This document shows positions 54,961 to 64,000 of a DNA stretch of 64,000 bases, piece by piece. Source of the stretch: the human T2T-CHM13v2.0 reference genome, Homo sapiens; assembly GCF_009914755.1 (NCBI RefSeq), contig NC_060944.1, one strand, 5' to 3'. The stretch's first letter is position 1. The number at the start of each line of letters is the position of its first letter. The position numbers were made by a program, and so were the translations under genes. A model generated the notes under the pieces. That model made no database searches and was not told where the DNA came from. It was given only the letters and a program-made list of their open reading frames with translations.

Positions 54961-57165
54961 CACATAGAGAATCCTTTCTTTTTAATAATAACTGTGAGTA
55001 TGAATTTTTGAACACCATGAACCCACCCCTTTCCCTAGTATAATGTCTCCCTGAATAAGTGGAATGTTCTGTATACACTAAATTAAACAACTGTGGTCTT
55101 GCCTCTAAAAACTCAAAATCTAAAATAGACCATGATGACATGACCAACCAAGACTCCATCTCTCCTCTTTTCCCTGAGCCTTTGTAGTAATAACTCATCC
55201 TAGTATTACAGTCTGCAGGGACCTTTATATTTATTATGTCATTTTTCTTTTTTGTCCTTGCAGCCATCCTTGAAGTGGGAAGGTTGTGTATAATCTCTTA
55301 TTTGATGGACTGAGCAAGTCTCTAAGCAGGTATTTTTATTCCTACTTTAGGTATATGAGAATGCAGGCCCCAAAAGATTAAGCAACTTCTCTGGTCAAGG
55401 TTACAAAAGTAGTGAGTGGGATTGACAGAGGGAAAGTTGCTCTGACTTCAGAGTTCTAAGGGGTCTAGTTTTAGATGAAAACCTCCTGGATATGTCAATC
55501 TTCCCAAAGAAATAGAGCAGCAATTAAGAGCAACTAGACTCAATAAGAATTGAGTCATTTCCCTGCTCTTCATTTGTTAGTTGGCTGACCTTGGATGTAA
55601 CACAAGCATCATAGCCTTGATTTTTCAATCTGCTGAACAGGATGCTATTATCTACCTCTCAGGTTATTTGTAAATTAATACATCCATCTATTTACTCAAC
55701 TATCCACCCACTAATTTATTTTTTCATGTATCAAACGTATTATATACTAAACTCCTACTATGTGCCAGGTACCATTTTAGGCATTGGGCTACATCTATGT
55801 AGAAAATAAAGCGCTGCCCTTCTGGGACCTGTATCCTTTGGAGGAAGCCATCAATGACTAGTCAACAAATTAATACAAACTAGAACATTAGATGGTGACA
55901 AGAGAAAATATAGCAGTCCTGTGGCTCATGAGAAATTGGGGAAAGCTTCTCTAAGTAGGGACATAGACAAGGATTAAATGAGATAATGCATGGAATGTGC
56001 TTAGCATGGTGCCTGGCGCTCACTAGGGAGCCACACAGTCCTGGAAAGAGAAGAGTTGAAAAGCAAACATGGATGTTGCCCAGTACTTCTTGCTTGCTGC
56101 CCAGCCTAGAGAGAGCCTCTGCTTTTGGGGTTCTTTCCTCCCACTGGCTAAGTTATGAGATAATTTCTGACCGCTTTATCCTATGTCATTGAGCATGTAA
56201 TGACTCCAACTGCTGTTTTTCTGAATCTGTTCTCACCAAACACCTTCTAATCATGATTTAATTTCTCATGTCAACCTGCTCACCTGCAGAGAATATTCTG
56301 ATCATATAGTTTTCAAGTACCGGACCTCGGTTCTTAGATACTTTTCATTATATGATCATATAGAGACACTCTAATTATAATTGGGTTTCCTGTGTAGTTT
56401 GGCCACATGGAGAGAATATGCTGATCGGATGGACTTTGATTATTCTAGTTCCTGTGACAGCTTTTGCTCATTGTACGTTAAGCAGCTGCCATCCTGATTG
56501 AACACACTCACCTCCTGAACTTAGGTAATGTCAGGGCCTGCCATGCGGTAGGCACTCAGTGAATGTCTACTGATTGATGGATTGAGACTTCTCTCAGGCC
56601 CATGGCAAAATCAAACTTCCAAGGGTAAATTCACCAGGGGGATGATGAACATAACCCTCCTAGGCCTCCCAAGAGCCAGCATGCCTGTCTTTCCCAGGCA
56701 TCCACCCACTGTCACTTCATAGACTGAGCACAGGGGCCATTTTTTCTATATCAGCAATAGCTTTGAACTCTTGCTTCAACCTATTCCAGGGTTGAGGGGG
56801 AAAATTAGAAAGTCAAGCAGGGTGACAGCAGAACTGTGAAGAACTGTGCTTCTCACTCCAAGTAAGCCCAGCTGCCAGGCAAATTCAAGAGCAGAGGTCC
56901 CAAATGCAGTTATATTTCTGGGAGCAATGCTTCCCTTTATCTTCAGAGCCCTGGAAGCGCAGAGAAAAGAAGGTGAGGGCAGGGGTAGGGTGGTGGGACC
57001 CACTTGGCTCCTGTTGATGGTAAAGAAGTACAGGACCTCAAGTCCTAATGACAAAAGTAATAGTAATATGATTCACTTATGACTCAGCAGACATTACACT
57101 TCATACTTGATCCTATCATTTCCCTTAATTTTACCCACCCAAAGGCCATTGCATATATTAGCTGG

Positions 57166-57544
57166 TGATAGGGTTTGGCTTTGTGTCTCCACTCAAATCT
57201 CATTTTGAATTGCAACCACATGGGTAGGGAGGAGCCTGGTGGGAGGTCATTGGATTATGAGAGCAGTTTCCCCCATGCTGTTCTCATGATGGTGAATGAG
57301 TTCTCATGAGATTTGATGGTTTAAAAGTGTGGCACTTCCCACTCTTCTCTCTCTCTCCTGCTCCACCATGCTAAAGACGTGTTTGCTTCCCCTTTGCCCT
57401 CCGCCATGATTGTAAGTTTCCTGAGGCCTTCCAATCATGCTTCCTGTTAAGCCTGCAGAAATGTGAGTCCATTAAAACTCTTTTCTTCATAGATTACCCA
57501 GTCTGAGGTAGTTCTTTATAGCAGTGTGAAAATGGACTAATAGA
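57166..57544 (+). mobile_element. THE1D/MSTA-like solo LTR
   Basis: tgatagggtttggct...ggactaataga; TSD gctgg/gcttg. Confidence 0.9.
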
Positions 57545-58290
57545 GCTTGAAACCCTCTTCTCTTTGATTCAAACTGACAATTTTCAGAAATACATAATGA
57601 CAATTTCTGGCTTTGGGGCTAAACAAACACTACGCATGAACTCATTGGTTTCTCTGTGAAACAGAGCCCAGTCACTTTATCTCTCTGCGCTTCACACCAA
57701 GAGATAGTGTCTTGTATCCTATTAGGTATGTAGTAGTATTTTGCTGTTTGCTACCTGTGGATTCATTCCTCCTGTGGTTCACTTTCTATAACTATTCTTG
57801 AGGGCAGGACTTGATGATTGGCAACTGATAGAGATTTCCATTCCTCTACTTTCCCAGCTCACTCTCTTCTCACATTTACTGCTGGCTACTTGCCCTGTGA
57901 AGCCGAGCAGAATCTGGAAACTTCATCTTCACTAAGCCATCAATAAATGGAGAAAACTGAGTAAATATAACTGAGACCCAGTTGTTAAAAACAAGAGACC
58001 ATCACTGATCATCACTGATTTCTTTCCTACAGGTCATGTTGTCACTCGTTTCTTTTATTTCTTTTTTAAAAATTATTATTATTATTTTCATAAGTTATTG
58101 GGGTACAGTGGTATTTGGTTACATGAATAACTTCTGTAGTGGTGATTTTTGAGATTTTGGTGCACATATCGCCTGAGCAGTACACACTCTACCATATTTG
58201 TAGTCTTTTAATCCCTTGCCCCCCTCTCTCTCTTCCCCCCGAGTCCCCAAAGTCCACTGCATCATTCTTATGCCTTTGCATCCTTGTAAC

Positions 58291-61200
58291 TTAGCTCCCA
58301 CCTATCAGTGAGAACATACAATGTTTGGTTTTCCATTGCTGAGTTACTTCACTTAGAATAATAGTCTCCAATCTCATCTAAGTCACTGCAAATGCTGTTA
58401 ATTCATTCCTTTTTATGGCTGCATAGTATTCCATCATATATATATCTCACAGTTTCTTTAGCCACTTGTTGATTGATGGGCATTTTGGTTGGTTGCACGG
58501 TTTTGCTGTTGTGAATTGTGCTGCTATAAACATGCATGTGCAAGTATCTTTTTCAAATAATGACTTATTTTCCTCTGGGTAGATACCCAGCAGTGGAATT
58601 TCTGGATCAAATGGTAGTTCTACTTTTAGTTCTTTAAGGAATCTCCACACTGTTTTCCATAGTGGCTGTGCTAGTTTACATTCTCACCAGCAATGTAGAA
58701 GTGTTCCCTGTTCACCGCATCTACACCAACATCTACTGGTTTTTGATTTTTTTATTATGGCCATTCTTGCAGGAGTAAGGTGGTATCACATTGTGGTTTT
58801 GATTTGCATTTCTCTGATCATTAGTGATGTTGAGCATTTTTTCATATATTTGTTGGCCATTTGTATATCTTCTTTTGAGAATTGTCTATTCATATTCTTA
58901 GCCCACTTTTGGATGTGATGTTTGTTTTTTTTTCTTATTGATCTGTTTGAGTTCATTGTAGATTCTGGATATTAGTCCTTTGCCAGATGTATAGACTGTG
59001 AAGTTTTTCTCCCACTCTGTGGATTGTCTGTTTACTCTGCTGACTGTTCCTTTTGCCATGCAAAAGCTCTTTAGTATAATTAGGTCCCAGCTATTTATCT
59101 TTGTTTTTATTGCATTTGCTTTTGGGTTCTTGGTCATGAAATCCTTGCCTAAGCTAATGTCTAGAAGAGTTTTTCCAATGTTACCTTCTAGAATTTTTAT
59201 AGTTTCAGGTCTTAGGTTTAAGTTCTTAATCCATCTTGAGTTGATTTTTGTATAAGGTGAGAGATGAGGATCCAGTTTCATTCTTTTACAAGTGGCTAGC
59301 CAATTATCCCAGCACAATTTGTTGAAAAGGGTGTCCTTTCCCCACTTTATGTTTTTGTTTGCTTTGTTGAAGTTCAGTTGTCTGTAACTACTTAGGTTTA
59401 TTTATGGGTTCTCTATTCCGTTCCATTGGTCTATGTGCCCATTTTTATACCAATACCATGCTGTTTTGGTGACTATGGCCTTATAGTGTAGTTTGAAATC
59501 AGGTAGTGTGATGTCTCCAGATTTGTTCTTTTTTCTTAGTCTTACTTTGGCTATGCAGGCTCATTTTTGGTTCCATATGAATTTTAGAATTTTTTTTCTA
59601 ATTCTGTGAAGAATAACAGTGGTATTCTGATGGGGATTGCATTGAATTTGTACATTGCTTTTGGCAGTATGGTCATTTTTACAATATTAATTCTACCCAT
59701 CCACGAGCATGGGATGTTTTTCCATTTGTTTGTGTAGTCTTTGATTTCTTTCTTTTTTTCTTCTTCTTCTTTTTTTTTTTTTGGAGACAGAGTCTTGCTC
59801 TGTCACCCAGGCTGGAGTGCAGTGGAGCAATCTCAGGCTCACTGCAACTCCTCCATCTCCTGGGTTCAAGCAATTCTCTTGCCTCAGCCTCCTGAGTAGC
59901 TGGGACTACAGGCATGTGCTACCACACTCGGCTAATTTTTGTATTTTTAGTAGAGTTGGGGTTTCACCATGTTGGTCAGGCTGGTCTTAAACTCCTGACC
60001 TCGTGATCCACCCGCCTCGGCCTCTCAAAGTGCTGGGATTACAGGCATGAGCCACCAAGCCCAAAAGTCTTTGATTTCTTTCAGCAGTGTTTTGTAGTTT
60101 TCCTTGTAGAGGTCTTTTGACTCCTTTGTTAGGCATATTCCTGCGTATTTTTTTTTCAGCTATTATAATAGGGGTTGAGTTCTTGATTTGATTCTCCACT
60201 TGATCACTGTTTGTGTGTAGAAGAGCTACTGATTTGTGTACATTAATCTTGTATCTGGAAACTTTGCTGAATTCTTTTATCAGTTCTAGGAGCTTTCTGG
60301 AGGAGTCCTTAGGGTTTTCAAGGTAAACAATCTTATCATCAGCAAACAGTGACAGTTTGACTTCCTCTTTACCGATTTGGATGCCCCTTATTTCTTTCTC
60401 TTGTCTGATTGCTCCCTCTAGGACTTCCAGTACTATGTTGAAGAGAAGTGGTGAGAGTGGGCATCCTTGTCTTGTTCCAGTTCTCAGAGGGAATGCTTTC
60501 AACTTTTCCCCATTCAGTATTACATTGGTTGTGGGTTTGTCATAGATGGCTTTTATTACATGAAGGTATGTCCCTTGTATGCCAATTTTGCTGAGAGTTT
60601 TAATCATAAAGAGATGCTGGATTTTGTGGAATGCTTGTTCTGCATCTATTGAGATGATCATGTGATTTTTTGTTTTTAATTCTGTTTATGTGGTGTATCT
60701 CATTTATTGACTTGCATATCTTAAACCTTCCCTGCATTCCTGGTATGAAACCCATTTGATCAAGGTGGATTATCCCTTTCAGATGCTGTTGGATTCAGTT
60801 AGCTTGTATTTTGTTAAGGATTTTAGCGTCTATGTTCATCAAGGATATTGGTCTGTAGTTTTCTTTTTTGGTTATGCCCTTTCCTTGTTTTGGTATTAGG
60901 GTGATGCTGGCTTCATAGAATGAATTAGGGAGGATTCCTTCTTTCTCTATCTTGTGGAATTGTGTCAAAAGGATTGGTACCAATTCTTTTTTGAATGTCT
61001 GGTAGAATTCTGCTGTGAATCTGTCTAGTCCTGGAGTTTTTTTTTTTTTTTTTTTGGTAATTTTTTAGTTACCATTTCAATCTTGCTGCTTGTTATTGGT
61101 CTATTCAGGGTATCTAATTCTTCATGATTTAAGCTAGGAGGGTTGTATTTTTCCAAGAATTTATCCATCTCTTCTAGGTTTTCTAGTTTATGTGCATAAA

Positions 61201-62454
61201 GGTGTCCATAGTAGCCTCGAATAATCTTTTTTTATTTCAGTGGTGTAGGTTGTAATATCTCTTGTTTCATTTGTTGGTAAGGTTATTTGGATTTTCTCTC
61301 TTCTTTTCTTGGTTAATCTTGCTAATGGTCTATCAATTTTATTTATCTTCTCAAAGAACCAGCTTTTGTTTTATTTATCTTTTGTATTGTCTTTTTTGTT
61401 CCAATTTCATTTAGTTCTGCTCTGATCTTGGGTATTTCCTTTCGTCTGCGGGTTTGGGTTTGGTTTGTTCTAGTTTCTCTAGTTCCTTGAGGTGTGACCT
61501 TAGATTGTCTGTTTGTGCTCTTTCAAACTTTTTGATGAAGGCATTTAGGGCTATGAACTTTCCTCTTAGCACTCCCTTTGCTGTATCCCAGAGATTTTGA
61601 TAGGTGGTGTCATTATTGTCATTCAGTTCGAAGAATTTTTTAATTTCCATATTGATTTCATTTTTGACCCAATGCTCATTTAGGAGCAGGTTATTTAATT
61701 TCCATGTATTTGCATGGTTTTGAAGGTTCCTTTTAGAGTTGAGTTCCAAATTTATTCCACTGTGGTCTGAGAGAGTGCTTGCTATAATTTCAATTTTCTT
61801 AAATTTATTGAGGCCCCTTTTATGTCCTATCTAATGGTCTATCTTGGAGAAAGTTCCATGCACTGTTGAATACAATGTGTATTCTGTGCTTGTTGGATGA
61901 AATGTTCTGTATATATCTGCTAAGTCCATTTGTTCTAAGGTATAGTTTAAATCCATTGCTTCTTTGTGGACTTTCTGTCTTGATGATCTGTCTAGTGCTG
62001 TCAGTGGAGTACAGAAGTCCCCCACTATTATTGTGTTGCTGTCCATCTCATTTCTTAGGTCTATTAGTAATCGTTTTATAAATTTGGGAGCTCCAGTGTC
62101 AGGTGCATATATGTTTAGGATAGTGATATTTTCCTGTTAGACAAGGCCTTTTGCCATTATATAAAGTCCCTCTTTGTCTCTTTTAACCACTGTTGCTTTA
62201 AAGTTTCTTTTGTCTGATATAAGAATAGCTACCCCTGCTTGCTTTTGGTGTCCATTTGCATGAAATGCCTGTTTCCACCCCTTTACTTTAAGTTTATGTG
62301 AGTCCTTATGTGTTAGGTGAGTCTCCTAAAGGCAGCAGATGGTTTGTTGATGAGTTCTTATTCATTCTGCAGTTCTCTGTCTTTCAAGTGGAGCATTTAG
62401 GACATTTACATTCAATGTTAGTATTGAAATGTGAGGTACCATTGCATTCATCAT
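58291..62454 (-). pseudogene. Disrupted L1 ORF2 (endonuclease/reverse transcriptase)
   Basis: HISILTLNVN, IIVGDF, FSKIDH (endonuclease); [24 protein letters not shown] (RT); broken by stops, frameshifts and an Alu. Confidence 0.93.
59753..60063 (-). mobile_element. AluS (Sg-like) inserted in L1 ORF2
   Basis: Perfect 17-bp TSD agtctttgatttctttc (59736-59752, 60066-60082). Confidence 0.96.
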
Positions 62455-62559
62455 GCTCTTTGTTGCCAGTGTACTTTGGTTTTGTTTTTTGTTTTTGCTT
62501 GTAACTTGTATTTTTGTTTTATAGGTCCTGTGTGATTTATGCTTTAAAGAGTTCTGTTT

Positions 62560-63470
62560 TGATATGGTTCCAGGATTTGTTTCAAGATCTAGAACTCCTT
62601 TTAGCAGTTCTTGTAGTGGTGGCTTGATAATGGCGAATTCTCTCAGCATTTGTTTGTCTGAAAACGACTGTACCTTTCCTTCATATATGATGGTTAGTTT
62701 CCCTGGATACAAAATTCTTGACTGATAATTGTTTTGTTTAAAGAGGCTGAAGATATGGCCCCAATCCCTTCTAGCTTGTAGGGTTTCTTCTGAGAAATCT
62801 GCTGTTAATCTGATAGGTTTTCCTTCATGGGTTACTGGTGCTGCTGTCTCACAGCTCTTAAAATTCTTTCCTTCGTCTTAACTTTGGATAACCTGATGAC
62901 AATGTGCCTAGGTGAAGATCTTTTTGTGATGAATTTCCCAGGTGTTCTTTGTGCTTCTTGTATTTGGCTGTCTAGGTCTCTAGCAAGGCCAGAGAAGTTT
63001 TCTTCAATTATTCCCCCAAATACGTTTTCCAAGCTTTGAGAATTGTCTTCTTCCTCAGGAACACTGATTATTCTTAGGTTTGGTCATTTAACATAATCCC
63101 AGACTTCTTGCAGGCTTTGTTTATATTTTCTTACTCCTTTTACTTTGTCTTTGTTGTGGATTGGGTTAATTCAAAGACCTTGTCTTTGAGCTCTGGATTT
63201 CTTTCTTCTACTTGTTCAATTCTATTGCTGAGACTTTCCAGAGCATTTTGCATTTCTAAAAGTGCATCCAAAGCTTCCTGAATTTTTTATTGCTTTTTCT
63301 TTAAGCTATCTATTTCATTGAATATTTCTCCCTTTACTTCTTGTATTATGTTTTGGATTTCTTTGCATTGGGCTACGCCTTTCTCTGGTCCCTCCCTGAT
63401 TAGCTTACTAATTAACCTCCAGGATTCTTTTTCAGGTAAGTCAAGGATTTCTTCTCGGTTTGGATTCATT
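62560..63470 (-). pseudogene. Disrupted L1 ORF1
   Basis: IIEENF..L.R..D.QIQEAQRTP, SPRHIVIRL, KERILRAVR, DKQMLREF, LQELLK fragments. Confidence 0.88.
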
Positions 63471-64000
63471 GCTGGTGAACTAGTGTGATTTACTGGGGGG
63501 CGTTGAAGAGCCTTGTTTTGTCATATTACCAGGGTTGGTTTTCTGGTTCCTTCTCTGGGTAGGCTCTGTCAGAGGGAAGGTCTAGGGCTGAAGGCTGTTG
63601 TTCATATTTTTTCGTCCCATGGGGTGTTCCCTTGATGTAGTACTCTCCCTCTCTTCCTGTGGATGTGGCTTCCTGAGAGCTGAACTGCAGTAATTGTCTC
63701 TCTTCTGGGTCTAGCCACCCAAGGAGTCTACCTGGCTCCGGGCTGGTACTGGGTGTTGTCTGCACAGAGTCCTGTGATGTGAACTGTCTATGGGTCTCTC
63801 AGCCACGGATACCAGCACCTGTTCTGCTGGAGGTGGTGGAGGGTGCAATGGAATCCGTGAGGGTCCTTAGCTTTGGTGGTTTAATGCTCTGTTTTTGTGC
63901 TGGTTGGCCTCCTGCCAGGAGGGGGCGCTTTCCAGAAAGCATCAGAGCCGCCGCTGTGTCCCCTGCCACAGCCCCGAGTTTGTTTCCAGGCGGAGGGTGA

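Larger units (their letters stand above)
58049..64000 (-). mobile_element. Near full-length inactive LINE-1 (L1PB1/L1PBa-like); 5'UTR runs off the window
   Basis: L1PB-type 3'UTR (ttggttacatgaataa..gtggtgattt.tgagattttggtgcac); collinear ORF1 and ORF2 fragments. Confidence 0.95.

Noticed and set aside
62362-62712. Apparent ORF1-ORF2 in-frame fusion
   Set aside because: Short, stops about 30 codons into ORF2; best explained by neutral decay
58291-63470. Active reverse transcriptase/endonuclease system
   Set aside because: Ordinary dead L1: fragmented frames and an Alu inside ORF2

Overview
Primate (human-like) non-coding genomic DNA, either a large intron or intergenic. I found no credible protein-coding gene, RNA gene or CpG island. 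The window is a layered transposon landscape. It holds 14 dimeric Alus (one 5'-truncated), a FRAM monomer and an Alu stub, several MaLR LTRs (THE1, MST, MLT1), and hAT and mariner remnants (MER20, MER3, MER5A, MER63, MADE1). It also holds many old MIR and L2 pieces and a near full-length, dead L1PB-type LINE-1 (58.0-64.0 kb, minus strand). Most long ORFs in the track are Alu, L1 or low-complexity artefacts. The most unusual structure is a set of local templated duplications that transposition does not explain: a 274-bp direct copy of a MER20/MST junction (25.5 to 23.9 kb), a complex permuted inverted duplication with a perfect fold-back hairpin at its junction (26.9-28.2 kb), and a 132-bp direct duplication (51.8/52.6 kb). 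There is also a probable orphan polyadenylated retro-insertion (13.4-13.8 kb) and a few candidate small exons. Repeat subfamily names come from recalled consensus sequences. Boundaries of old repeats are approximate, and identities were counted by eye. I could not identify the locus. I see no evidence for a novel multi-gene system.
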